From contig JANOXS010000081.1 in the NCBI GenBank assembly GCA_031418535.1, positions 107-64,106 on the forward strand: a DNA stretch of 64,000 bases, read 5' to 3'. The position numbers and the translations under genes are program-made. Under the pieces are notes generated by a model. That model saw only the letters and a list, made by a program, of their open reading frames with translations, made no database searches and was not told the origin of the DNA. Each line of letters starts with the position of its first letter. The stretch's first letter is position 1. This document shows positions 19,549 to 28,874 of the stretch, in pieces. This DNA is from Hyphomicrobiales bacterium (GTDB taxonomy: Bacteria; Pseudomonadota; Alphaproteobacteria; Rhizobiales; Aestuariivirgaceae).

Positions 19549-19586
19549 TTTTGAACGCAGTTCAAAATAAATATGAACTTTGTTCA
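19549..19586. promoter_or_regulatory. Two tandem palindromic operators upstream of, and overlapping, the TetR gene start region
   Basis: TTTTGAAC-GCA-GTTCAAAA (19549-19567, perfect 8-bp arms) and TGAAC-TTT-GTTCA (19574-19586). Confidence 0.55.
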
Positions 19587-19606
19587 AAATTAGCTATATT
19601 GGAAAA

Positions 19607-20209
19607 ATGAGAGATAAAACATCAGAAAAACGCCACAGCTTAAGACAGAAGATCATCGACCTTGCACAGGTTCAGATTGCCAATTTTGGATTGTCGTCGC
19701 TGCGCGCCCGTGATTTGTCCAAAGAAGCAGGGTGTGCTTTGGGCAGCCTCTACAACATGTTTGAGGATATTGACGCGCTCGTCCTCGAAGTGAACGCTCG
19801 CACGTTGATTGCAATTGATGAAAAGATGGATGTGGCAGTTGCCAACATTCCGCAAGCCTCAAAACAGCTGAAGGCCTTGGCTCATGCGTACCTGTCATTT
19901 GCACGCGCAAACCCGCTGTCATGGCGAGCCTTGTTTGAACATCACCTGCCAGACGAAATTGAACTGCCGGAATGGTATAGCGAAAGTCTTAATCACCTCA
20001 TGGCCCGCATCACCCAGCCTTTGGCCGTGCTGCGGGTCGATTATTCAGCTGAAGTTTTGGCCAAGCGGGCTCGAACCTTGTTTGCGGCAGTCCATGGTGT
20101 CGTGTCGATCAGTTTGGATAATCGCTTTGTTGGTCTGGCCTCTGAAGCGTTGGATAGTGAACTCGACCGCTTTGTTGATGTGCTTCTGATCGGGTCACAG
20201 CATCAGTGA
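19607..20209 (+). CDS. TetR/AcrR-family transcriptional regulator
   Basis: N-terminal HTH (...FGLSSLRARDLSKEAGCALGSLYNMFEDIDAL...). ATG 19607 is preferred over the TTG at 19580. Confidence 0.85.
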   Translation: MRDKTSEKRHSLRQKIIDLAQVQIANFGLSSLRARDLSKEAGCALGSLYNMFEDIDALVLEVNARTLIAIDEKMDVAVANIPQASKQLKALAHAYLSFARANPLSWRALFEHHLPDEIELPEWYSESLNHLMARITQPLAVLRVDYSAEVLAKRARTLFAAVHGVVSISLDNRFVGLASEALDSELDRFVDVLLIGSQHQ

Positions 20210-20826
20210 ACCAGCGGAATAATGCCATCAATGATGAACTGCACTGCCAAAGCGGCCAGAATTATTCCAAGCAGCCTTGAAATCACTGCACGCCCGGTAA
20301 TACCCATAATTTTTGCAATGCGTTCGGCTGCCAAAAAACTTAAATAACACGCAAACATCACGAGTGCGGCCACAGCATAGAGTGCCGAGAGTTTTGTGAA
20401 ATCGCCATCAGCCCGCCCTGCCAGCAAGATCATTGCAGATATGGCACCGGGTCCAGCGAGCAGCGGAATGGCCAATGGGAACGCAGCAATATTTTTGACA
20501 TGATCAATGGTGATGGCTTTGGTGGCTAGTTCTTGTTGGCGCTGGCTGCGGCGGTCAAACACCATTTCCGCGGCTGAAGATAAGAGCAATAACCCGCCCG
20601 CGATGCGGAAGGCTGATAGTGAGATGCCCAGCAAAGAGAGAAGTTTCGCACCGCCAAGTCCTGCGCCCAACAAAATGAAAAATGCAATGAGAGATCCCCG
20701 CATCGCCACCTCAGCGCGTTGCGATTTATTCAAATCATGCGTGAGGCCCAGAAATAAGGCGCTCATAAAAATTGGATCAGCAATTACGAGGAGAGTTGCC
20801 AGCGCTGAGGTGATATAATCTTGCAT
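20203..20826 (-). CDS. MarC-family (UPF0056) integral membrane protein
   Basis: 207 aa, six predicted TM segments, MarC-like sequence. Confidence 0.85.
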   Translation of the reverse strand: MQDYITSALATLLVIADPIFMSALFLGLTHDLNKSQRAEVAMRGSLIAFFILLGAGLGGAKLLSLLGISLSAFRIAGGLLLLSSAAEMVFDRRSQRQQELATKAITIDHVKNIAAFPLAIPLLAGPGAISAMILLAGRADGDFTKLSALYAVAALVMFACYLSFLAAERIAKIMGITGRAVISRLLGIILAALAVQFIIDGIIPLVH

Positions 20827-20830
20827 CAGT

Positions 20831-21286
20831 TCAGATTACACTGCGCTTTGCCAGTTGAACAGCCGTCTCCATACTTTGCAAAAACTGCGAGCGATCCCGG
20901 GGCGTAAAAGCCGCATTCGATCCCCGCATATCAGGAGTTGCCTCGCGCAGCTCAGACATAAGGTTGCGCATCGCCAAAGCCATGTGAATGGAATCTTCGG
21001 TGAAAGCTTTTCCAGAGTTTGAAATCACCCGTGCACCTTTTTTGTGGGCGCGCGCAGCCAGCGGAATATCAGCCGTCACCACAATGTCATTTGGCTGAAC
21101 TTGCTCCACAATCCAATCATCCGCCGCATCAGCGCCTGCCATCACCACCATACGTTTTACATTTTCGCCAAAGGGAAGCCGCATGTGAGAGTTGGAAACA
21201 AAATGGATGATCAATTTGTGCCCGTCCGCTACTTTGGTCGCCTCGTCTTTCACGGGGCAGGCATCAGCATCGATATAGATTTGCAA
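20831..21286 (-). CDS. YaiI/YqxD-family protein (UPF0178)
   Basis: MQIYIDADACPVKDE... is the family N-terminal signature; 151 aa. Confidence 0.85.
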   Translation of the reverse strand: MQIYIDADACPVKDEATKVADGHKLIIHFVSNSHMRLPFGENVKRMVVMAGADAADDWIVEQVQPNDIVVTADIPLAARAHKKGARVISNSGKAFTEDSIHMALAMRNLMSELREATPDMRGSNAAFTPRDRSQFLQSMETAVQLAKRSVI

Positions 21287-21290
21287 ACCT

Positions 21291-22829
21291 CTAACTCACG
21301 TTATTCGGCAATTCGCTTTCGCGTTTTGCCACAAATTCCGCAAGAGCTTCCGCAATGCCTTCATCCATTTTAGGCTTTTCGTAAGCGGCTAACATAGCCT
21401 TGGCTTTATCGCGGCCTCTTGTGTCGTGATCTTTTGCGCCTTCAGCATTCCATTGTTCGTAAGAATTGAAATCCATGATCGAAGGCATGAAGAAGGCTAT
21501 TTCGAAATTCTCTAATGTGTGCGCAGTGCCGAGAAAATGTCCCGCTGGCCCCACTTCGCGCACCGCGCTCATGGCCTCTTTGAAGTCATCAAATTTGAGA
21601 CCGCCTGCATATTTATACCAGCCACCCAGCTGTTCACAGTCGGTCATAAATTTGGAATAGCCACAAGCCAGCCCCGCCTCCAACCAGCCCGCCACGTGCC
21701 AGATGTAATTGGCACCTGAAAGAATTGCGGCGTGCATCAGCATATTAGCTTCATAGCCTGCTTGCGCGTCGTTTATTTTAGACCCCACATGAAAGCCTGA
21801 TGTGCGCCACGGCAATTTATATTTCCGCGCCAGTTGCCCCATCACAAACATCATTTGTGCAGCTTCCGGCGTGCCGCCCATGGGTGCTCCGGTCTTCATA
21901 TCCACAGTCACCATAAACTGCCCATAAATTTGTGGGGAACCTGGCCGGATCAATTGCGTGAAGGCCACGCCAGCCAAAGCCTCAGCATTCACTTGCGCCA
22001 CAGCCCCAATGGCCGAAGCCGAAGTTGAGGCACCACACAGCGCAAAAGGTGCCAAAATCACGGGCTGATTATGCGAGGCATAAACCCGCATTGCGTCCAG
22101 CATGGTTTGGTCCCAAACCAAAGGCGAATTACAATTGGTGATCGACACAACAACTGGATTGTCTTTCACATAGTCTTCGCCAAACACAATGCCCGCCATG
22201 TGCATCACATCTTCAGCGCGCTCTTTCGAGGTGACGATGCCCATAAAAGGTTTATCAGAATGCGTGAGAGCCGATTGGATAATATGCAAATGCCGCTTGG
22301 GCACGGGAATTTCCATCGGCTCGCAAATAATGGAACTGGAAGAATGAAGCTGCGGTGACATATAAGCGAGCTTGTGAAAATTCTGCAAATCTTCCAGCGA
22401 GCCATAGCGGCGCTTGCCCTCAAGATCACGCACGTAAGGTGCCCCATACATGGGCGCGAAAATCGTATTCTTGCCGCCCACTTTAACAGTGCGTTCGGGA
22501 TTGCGTGCATTGAGTGTAAACTCAGATGGAACTTTGGCAATCAGCTCCATCAACAGCCCGCGATCGATTTTCACCAATGTGCCTTGCACATCAGCGCCCG
22601 CGGCTTTCCACATTGCCGGAGCTTGGTCGTCTCGAAACTCACAACCGACCTCTTCGAGAATTTTCAGCGACTCTTGGTGGATCAATTCCACCGCATCTTC
22701 AGGCAGCAATTCATAGGTTGGAATCTCACGCACCAAAGTGGGGAAGGACAGCATAGGTGCTGCACGCAAAGCGCGTCGTGCATCCCTGCCGCCGCTGCGG
22801 CGGTGATGAAGGGCTTCAGTCATGGCCAA
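21291..22829 (-). CDS. MttB-superfamily (COG5598) methyltransferase, non-pyrrolysine type
   Basis: 512-aa uninterrupted ORF with no in-frame TAG and a trimethylamine-methyltransferase-family-like sequence. 4-nt gaps to yaiI and then to marC. Confidence 0.8.
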   Translation of the reverse strand: MAMTEALHHRRSGGRDARRALRAAPMLSFPTLVREIPTYELLPEDAVELIHQESLKILEEVGCEFRDDQAPAMWKAAGADVQGTLVKIDRGLLMELIAKVPSEFTLNARNPERTVKVGGKNTIFAPMYGAPYVRDLEGKRRYGSLEDLQNFHKLAYMSPQLHSSSSIICEPMEIPVPKRHLHIIQSALTHSDKPFMGIVTSKERAEDVMHMAGIVFGEDYVKDNPVVVSITNCNSPLVWDQTMLDAMRVYASHNQPVILAPFALCGASTSASAIGAVAQVNAEALAGVAFTQLIRPGSPQIYGQFMVTVDMKTGAPMGGTPEAAQMMFVMGQLARKYKLPWRTSGFHVGSKINDAQAGYEANMLMHAAILSGANYIWHVAGWLEAGLACGYSKFMTDCEQLGGWYKYAGGLKFDDFKEAMSAVREVGPAGHFLGTAHTLENFEIAFFMPSIMDFNSYEQWNAEGAKDHDTRGRDKAKAMLAAYEKPKMDEGIAEALAEFVAKRESELPNNVS

Positions 22830-23060
22830 AGCCTAGCATGAAGAATTCAATCATTGCGAGAGGCACAAGTCCGAGGTGAGGAAATATCAACCTGCCGTGT
22901 TGCGCTGCACACTGGACTCATTGACCGAGGTTGACGCTTTGCCACAAAGCAGCCACAATGCCGTTAAGGGGTCGTTAACTGTACAAGCGGGGGTTTGTTT
23001 GTGCTTTGTCGTAAACATTGAAAAGCCGTTCCGCCCTTGAACGCGCAAGGGAGTGCCAAT

Positions 23061-24626
23061 ATGGCTGATACTAAACATATGAGTGAAGACGAAAAAGTTC
23101 TTCACGGAATGGGTTATGCGCAGGAATTATCCCGCCGCATGGGCACGTTCCAAAGTTTCGCAATTTCATTTTCGATCATTTGCATCATCTCCGGCGGCTT
23201 CGGGTCATTCCCGATTGCACTGGCCACAGGTGGTCCATTCTCTTTGACAATCGGCTGGCTCATCGGCGGCGCATTCGCGCTGGTTGTTGCCGCATCACTC
23301 GGTCAAATCGCTTCGGCTTATCCAACTGCCGGTTCGCTTTATCATTGGTCGTCCATTTTGGGCGGCCGTTTCTGGGGCTGGGCAACTGCTTACGTCAACT
23401 TGCTGGGGCTTCTCTTCGTTATTCCAGCGGTCAACGTGTTTCTTTACCTCGTCATCAAAGATCTGCTCTGTGCTTCGGTGCTGGGTTGGGATGTGTCGAC
23501 GTGGGGCATTTGGACCCAAGTGGGAACAGTTGCTGTCATTACTGCGGCCCAAGCCCTTCTCAATCATCTTGGTATTAAATTGACCACGATGCTGACAGAC
23601 TTTGCTGGCTATCTGATTTTCGTCGTGACCATTATTTTGATCATCATGTTCTTCATGGCAGCTCCCGATATGAACATGGGTAAAGCCTTTGAGTTTGTGA
23701 ACAACACAGGCGCAGCAGGCGGCGGCGTTTCACCAGAATATAGTTCTTGGATGGCGATCATCATTGGTCTTCTCTATCCATTGTTCACCATCACTGGTTT
23801 TGATGCTTCAGCTCATACTTCAGAAGAAACCAAAGATGCGCGCAACACAGTTCACAAGGGCATGATCTACTCTGTGTTCTGGTCGATTGTGTTTGGTTTC
23901 GTGATGATCCTTGCGATGATCATGGCCATTCCTGATTTGAAAGCTGCTGCGGCAACAGGGTGGAGCTCTTTCAACAACCTGTTCATCTCAGCCATATTGC
24001 CAAGCTTCATTGGTAAGGTGATGTTGATCGGCGTGATCATCTCCAACTTCCTCTGCGCACTTGCAGCCGTCACTTCAACATCACGTATGATTTATGCTTT
24101 CGCACGTGATGGTGGTTTGCCGTTCTCTAAGGCCTTGGCTTCAGTCAGCCCAACATACCGCACACCTGTAAATGCGATTTGGTTCTCAGCTTTCATGGCT
24201 GTGTTGCTCACCGCAATTACAACACCACTCAATGCTTTCGCCGCCCTTTCAACGGGCTGCGCCATGTATCTCTATATTTCCTACGCAATGCCAATTATCG
24301 CTGGTTTCTTCTCCGAAGGAAAAACCTGGACAACTTATGGCAATTTCCGCCTCGGCGGTTTGTCAAAATTGTTTGCAGTGCTGGTGATGATTTTAACAGT
24401 GCTTGTGATCATTGGAGGACATGCCTTCGTTGTCTCAATTCCGGGAACTGACACATCAAGCTTCGTGCCGGGCCTGTGGTATTACTCCGCTGGCTTCTGC
24501 ATTTTCTTGGCTGTTCTTTGGTTCGCCAGTGAAAACAAGCGTTTCAAAGGCCCACCAATGGGTGCTGAAATTGCCAAGCGTCAATCTGCCATTGCAGCAG
24601 CTGAACGCGCCCTAGACGGCAAATAA
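23061..24626 (+). CDS. APC-superfamily permease (amino acid/choline transporter-like)
   Basis: About 12 TM segments. The N-terminal GYAQELSRRMGTFQSFAISFSIICIISG motif is typical of APC (ACT-like) permeases. ATG 23061 has an AAGGGAG Shine-Dalgarno. Confidence 0.8.
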   Translation: MADTKHMSEDEKVLHGMGYAQELSRRMGTFQSFAISFSIICIISGGFGSFPIALATGGPFSLTIGWLIGGAFALVVAASLGQIASAYPTAGSLYHWSSILGGRFWGWATAYVNLLGLLFVIPAVNVFLYLVIKDLLCASVLGWDVSTWGIWTQVGTVAVITAAQALLNHLGIKLTTMLTDFAGYLIFVVTIILIIMFFMAAPDMNMGKAFEFVNNTGAAGGGVSPEYSSWMAIIIGLLYPLFTITGFDASAHTSEETKDARNTVHKGMIYSVFWSIVFGFVMILAMIMAIPDLKAAAATGWSSFNNLFISAILPSFIGKVMLIGVIISNFLCALAAVTSTSRMIYAFARDGGLPFSKALASVSPTYRTPVNAIWFSAFMAVLLTAITTPLNAFAALSTGCAMYLYISYAMPIIAGFFSEGKTWTTYGNFRLGGLSKLFAVLVMILTVLVIIGGHAFVVSIPGTDTSSFVPGLWYYSAGFCIFLAVLWFASENKRFKGPPMGAEIAKRQSAIAAAERALDGK

Positions 24627-24647
24627 TCTAAAATCAAAAATCTGAAA

Positions 24648-24674
24648 GGGCGGTCATTTGGCCGCCCTTTTTTT
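24648..24674 (+). terminator. Intrinsic terminator after the permease
   Basis: GGGCGG...CCGCCC stem followed by TTTTTTT. Confidence 0.8.
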
Positions 24675-24692
24675 ATGTGTAAGACTGCGCCC

Positions 24693-26039
24693 ATGGATAA
24701 GAGATTCGATATTGCGGTGATTGGTGGTGGCGTGGTGGGGTTGGCAATCTTGCGCCGCTTCGCCATGGCGGGCCTCAGTTGCTTGTTGCTGGAAAAAGGG
24801 GCTGATATTTTATCAGGTGCTTCCAAGGGTAATAGCGCTTTACTGCACACAGGCTTTGATGCACCGGCTAAATCAATTGAACTTCAGTGCATGAAGGCGG
24901 GCTATGCCGAATATCTCGACATTCGCCAGAAACTTAATTTGCCACTGTTGGAAACTGGCGCAGTGGTTGCCGCGTGGACCGACGAAGAATTGGCAACGCT
25001 CGATAACATCATCACGAAGGCTCACGCCAATGGTGTTACCGACGTCAAAAAGCTTTCACAGATTGAACTGCGCATGCGAGAGCCACAGCTTTCTAAATCT
25101 GTTTTGGGTGGCGTGCTTGTGCCGGGTGAACATGTAATTGATCCGTGGTCGGCACCGCTTGCTTATGCACAGCAAGCAATCGCGCACGGTGCCGTGATGA
25201 TGCGCAATACAGAAGTGACGGCGGCTGAATTTAAGAACGATGAGTGGCAGCTTGCGGATATCACAGCGCGAGTGGTGATCAATGCAGCAGGGTTGTTTGG
25301 TGATCATGTTGAAGCACTGGCGCGGCCTTCCCCCTTCACCATCCGCCCTCGCAAAGGGCAATTTGTGGTGTTTGATAAGCCTGCTTCAAAACTCGTGCGC
25401 TCCATCATTTTACCAGTGCCGGGTGAGCGCACCAAGGGTGTAGTATTATTCAGAACGATATTCGGTAACCTCGCCATTGGCCCCACATCAGAGGAAACGG
25501 ATGAGCGCGATAATGCCTCGACAGATTCCGCTACGCTGGAAAAGCTCAAAGCCCGCGTCATTGAAATGGTGCCTGCACTGAAGGATGTAAATGTGACGGC
25601 GGTCTATGCGGGCCTTCGACCTGCAACTGAGCACAAGGATTACATAATTGAGGCACTCAAGGATATGAACTGGATCACGGTTGCGGGCATTCGGTCAACT
25701 GGCCTGACTGGCTCGCTCGGCATCGCGCAGCACGTTGCAAAACTTTATGCGAAGAACTTTGGCAAATTGCCGAAAAAACCTCCGGTTCCGATTCTCACAC
25801 CCGTGCCAGCACTCGCAGAACATTCCATCAGACCTTACATGAAAGGTGGCGAGATTATCTGCCATTGTGAATGGGTCACACGTGGCGAAATTGAAGCCGC
25901 ATGCCAAGGTCCATTGCCCGCAGGAGACTTGAGCGGATTAAAGCGCCGCACACGCGCCATGATGGGGCGCTGCCAAGGTTTCTACTGTGGTGCCGAAGTT
26001 GCCTCTATTTTCAAGGAAGCCGCCGATGGAAGGCCATGA
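24693..26039 (+). CDS. FAD-dependent oxidoreductase (GlpA/GlpD-like DAO family) with a C-terminal BFD-like [2Fe-2S] domain
   Basis: DIAVIGGGVVG dinucleotide fold. C-terminal Cys pattern CHCEWVTRGEI...MMGRCQGFYC. First gene of an overlapping three-gene set ending in glpK. Confidence 0.75.
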   Translation: MDKRFDIAVIGGGVVGLAILRRFAMAGLSCLLLEKGADILSGASKGNSALLHTGFDAPAKSIELQCMKAGYAEYLDIRQKLNLPLLETGAVVAAWTDEELATLDNIITKAHANGVTDVKKLSQIELRMREPQLSKSVLGGVLVPGEHVIDPWSAPLAYAQQAIAHGAVMMRNTEVTAAEFKNDEWQLADITARVVINAAGLFGDHVEALARPSPFTIRPRKGQFVVFDKPASKLVRSIILPVPGERTKGVVLFRTIFGNLAIGPTSEETDERDNASTDSATLEKLKARVIEMVPALKDVNVTAVYAGLRPATEHKDYIIEALKDMNWITVAGIRSTGLTGSLGIAQHVAKLYAKNFGKLPKKPPVPILTPVPALAEHSIRPYMKGGEIICHCEWVTRGEIEAACQGPLPAGDLSGLKRRTRAMMGRCQGFYCGAEVASIFKEAADGRP

Positions 26040-26898
26040 TGTAATTATCGTAGGCGCTGGACCAGCCGGATTATCCACAGCCATTCGTTTGCGCGAACTG
26101 GGCGTGAAAGATGTGGTGGTCTTGGAACGTGAAGGGCAGGCAGGCGGCGTGCCCCGTCATTGTGGGCATTTTGGGTTTGGCTGGGAAAGCCACAAGCGAT
26201 TGATGAGTGGCCCGTCCTATATCAAAAAAATTCTCGATCAAGCAAACGGCATCGACATCAGAACGTCGACCACTGTTATAGAATTCACGATGCGCAACAC
26301 TTTGCGGGTGCATTCATCAAAGGGCATCACTGACATGAGTGCCAAGCGCGTGATCCTCGCTACTGGCACGCGCGAGTCTCCCCGTTCTGCGCGGCTCATT
26401 GGCGGCACCAGATTACCCGGCGTTCTGAACACCGGAACTTTGCAACAACATGTCTATCTCAAAAACCAGAAGCCCTTTTCAAATCCGGCTATCGTTGGCC
26501 ATGACTGGGTCACCTATTCCGCTTTGATGACCTGCAAACATGCAGGCATTAAACCAATTGGTATTTTTGCAGAAGAAAAATTGGAGACGCCGTGGTTTTT
26601 TCCAATGGCAGCGAAACTCCGCTACGGCGTACCCACGCAAACCAAAACCAAGCTGATCGCTATACACGGCGCGTCACAAGTTGATGCGATTGAAGTTGAA
26701 TGCAATGGTTTGCGAAAGCTGATCAAATGCGACGGCGTGATCCTCACGGGAAAGTTTGTACCTGAATTGGCATTGCTTGCAAACTCTGCGGCATCAGTCG
26801 TAAAATCGGGCAATGTATTGGGAACCGTGAACACAGCAGGGCGTTGCTTTGTCGATGCGCGTGTGATCGCCGAAAAGATAGCCAAGGATTTGCAATGA
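26026..26898 (+). CDS. NAD(P)/FAD-dependent pyridine-nucleotide-disulfide-type oxidoreductase subunit
   Basis: MEGHDVIIVGAGPAGLSTAIRL... 14-nt overlap with the upstream gene and ATGA overlap with glpK. Confidence 0.7.
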   Translation: MEGHDVIIVGAGPAGLSTAIRLRELGVKDVVVLEREGQAGGVPRHCGHFGFGWESHKRLMSGPSYIKKILDQANGIDIRTSTTVIEFTMRNTLRVHSSKGITDMSAKRVILATGTRESPRSARLIGGTRLPGVLNTGTLQQHVYLKNQKPFSNPAIVGHDWVTYSALMTCKHAGIKPIGIFAEEKLETPWFFPMAAKLRYGVPTQTKTKLIAIHGASQVDAIEVECNGLRKLIKCDGVILTGKFVPELALLANSAASVVKSGNVLGTVNTAGRCFVDARVIAEKIAKDLQ

Positions 26899-28316
26899 AA
26901 GTTTTGGCCATTGATCAAGGAACGACAGGAACCAAGGCTTTCACGCTTGATGAAGATGGCGCTTTCACAAAAGTTGCATCATTCGAACATAAACAAATTT
27001 ACCCGCAAGCTGGCTGGGTGGAGCATGATTCTGAAGAGCTGCTGAAACACATTTCAGCCTGTATTAAAAAGGCTGGCAAAGTGGACGCAATTGGTATTGC
27101 CAATCAGGGTGAAACACTTGTGGCGTGGGATTCTGAAACGGGAAAGGCGATTTATAATGCGATTGTTTGGCAGGATGATCGCACCAAAGATGTAACCGAA
27201 AAATTGAAATCCGAGGGTGCTGAGGCCATCATTCAAACGAAAGCGGGCTTGCCACTCGACCCCTATTTCTCAGCAAGTAAAATGCGTTGGATTATTGATC
27301 ATGTAGAGGCAGCAGCTGATCTGTTAAAATTAGGCCGATTGCGACTGGGCACCAGTGATGCCTTTTTTCTAGATCGTCTCACGGGCACCTTCGCAACTGA
27401 TGTCACCACTGCTTCGCGCACGTCGCTCATGTCGCTGGTTACTCTGCAATGGGATGATGAGCTTTGTGAAGTGTTCGGCGTGCCCCGCGAATGTCTGCCA
27501 GAAATTAGGCCAACCACTGGATCCTTTGGTTTAGTTGCCAAAACGCCGATTACGGCTTCAATGGTCGATCAGCAAGCAGCTCTCTTCGGCCATGGTTGCG
27601 CCAAATCCGGCGATGCGAAAATCACTTTCGGCACGGGCGCATTTGCTTTGGCAATCACTGGCGACAAGCGACCTGATAAAAATCAATCAGGACTGTTACC
27701 CACGGTCGCGTGGGCTGTCGCAAATCAGCCCGTGCTGTTTGCAGTTGACGGTGGAATTTATAATGCGGCCTCAGCTGTCAATTGGGCAAAGTCAGTTGGC
27801 CTGTTTTCAGATTATTCTGAAATCAATTCTTTCAAAGCAGAGTCAGCAATTTCGCGGGGCCTGGTGTTTGTACCAGCGCTTTCAGGCATGGCTTGTCCGC
27901 ATTGGGATCGCTCAGCAGCAGGCCTATGGTTGGGCCTTGGACTGGAAACGACCAAGCAAGATATGGTGCAGGCCGTGCTTGAAGGGGTGGCGCTCCGCGC
28001 TGCTGAAGTGGTGCAGGCCATGAGCAAGCTTGGGGCCAAAGGAGACTTTATTTCGATTGACGGAGGCTTGGCTGCAAACCCCTATTTTGGACAATTCCTC
28101 GCCAATGCTTTGAGCCGCAATGTGATAGTTGCAGGCTCGACTGATCTCACAGCTCTTGGTGTAGCCCGCATGGCGATGCTGGGGGCAGGCCAAAAACACC
28201 TGCCCCCCCTGCCGCCGCCCCAAAGAAATTATGTGCCTACAAACCCGCTGAGCGCTACCATGCACGCACGATTTGGCATTGCAATTTTGCGCTCAAAAGG
28301 CTGGAAGAATTTTTAA
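26895..28316 (+). CDS. glpK: Glycerol kinase (FGGY family)
   Basis: MKVLAIDQGTTGTKAF...GWVEHDSEEL...ANQGETLVAWD...IVWQDDRT motifs. Confidence 0.9.
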   Translation: MKVLAIDQGTTGTKAFTLDEDGAFTKVASFEHKQIYPQAGWVEHDSEELLKHISACIKKAGKVDAIGIANQGETLVAWDSETGKAIYNAIVWQDDRTKDVTEKLKSEGAEAIIQTKAGLPLDPYFSASKMRWIIDHVEAAADLLKLGRLRLGTSDAFFLDRLTGTFATDVTTASRTSLMSLVTLQWDDELCEVFGVPRECLPEIRPTTGSFGLVAKTPITASMVDQQAALFGHGCAKSGDAKITFGTGAFALAITGDKRPDKNQSGLLPTVAWAVANQPVLFAVDGGIYNAASAVNWAKSVGLFSDYSEINSFKAESAISRGLVFVPALSGMACPHWDRSAAGLWLGLGLETTKQDMVQAVLEGVALRAAEVVQAMSKLGAKGDFISIDGGLAANPYFGQFLANALSRNVIVAGSTDLTALGVARMAMLGAGQKHLPPLPPPQRNYVPTNPLSATMHARFGIAILRSKGWKNF

Positions 28317-28831
28317 GCAGCAACTTGCAAGGCTTCAACCATGTCGCCAGATGCAGCAATCAAACCTTCGGCACCATCTAAAGCTTGCTCGGTCAGCTCA
28401 AGGCCTAAAAAACGCGCGCGGTCCACTGGGCCAGGCAGATGTAAGCTGCGGGTCAAGCCTTGCGAAAATCCAAAGCGTGCATAATAGGGTGCATCGCCGA
28501 CCAGCAAAATGGAATCGTGGCCGTCAGCCACAGCAGCTGCAATAGACGTGCTCATCAACGCCGCGCCAACACCTTGGCCCTGAACACTGTCATCAACAGC
28601 CAAAGGGCCAAGCAAAAGCGAAGGGCCAGCTGATCCTGCAATAATGTTCCATAAGCGAACTGTACCAATCAGCTTGCCTTTTCCATCGACTGCACTGAAA
28701 GAAAACGCTGCCACACGGCCCGCACGCAGTTTTTCAGAAGTTTTGCGAAAACGCGATGGCCCAAAGCCAGCATGAAGCAAAGCTTCGCGAGCCCCAACAT
28801 CAGATGAAATTTCAGCACGAATTGTGACCAT
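28313..28831 (-). CDS. GNAT-family N-acetyltransferase
   Basis: 172 aa with the acetyl-CoA motif VQGQGVGAALM. Lies downstream of the ornithine decarboxylase gene. Confidence 0.85.
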   Translation of the reverse strand: MVTIRAEISSDVGAREALLHAGFGPSRFRKTSEKLRAGRVAAFSFSAVDGKGKLIGTVRLWNIIAGSAGPSLLLGPLAVDDSVQGQGVGAALMSTSIAAAVADGHDSILLVGDAPYYARFGFSQGLTRSLHLPGPVDRARFLGLELTEQALDGAEGLIAASGDMVEALQVAA

Positions 28832-28874
28832 TGAAAGTCTCCAAAACGAAAGAGTTAAGAAAAAAGAGTGAAAG

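Noticed and set aside
21291-22829. Pyrrolysine-encoding (in-frame TAG) MttB
   Set aside because: The ORF is uninterrupted over its full family-typical length. No in-frame amber codon or pyl genes are visible.
22374-22841. 155-aa plus-strand ORF, plus several 60-110-aa ORFs between 21019 and 22756
   Set aside because: All are antisense to or out of frame with the MttB-family gene, which has a strong family-like translation.
22830-23060. Riboswitch (for example cobalamin) in the mttB/permease divergent region
   Set aside because: I read both strands and found no B12-box-like or other recognisable riboswitch core. There is only a short hairpin (CCCTTG..CAAGGG) next to the permease Shine-Dalgarno, which is too weak to call.
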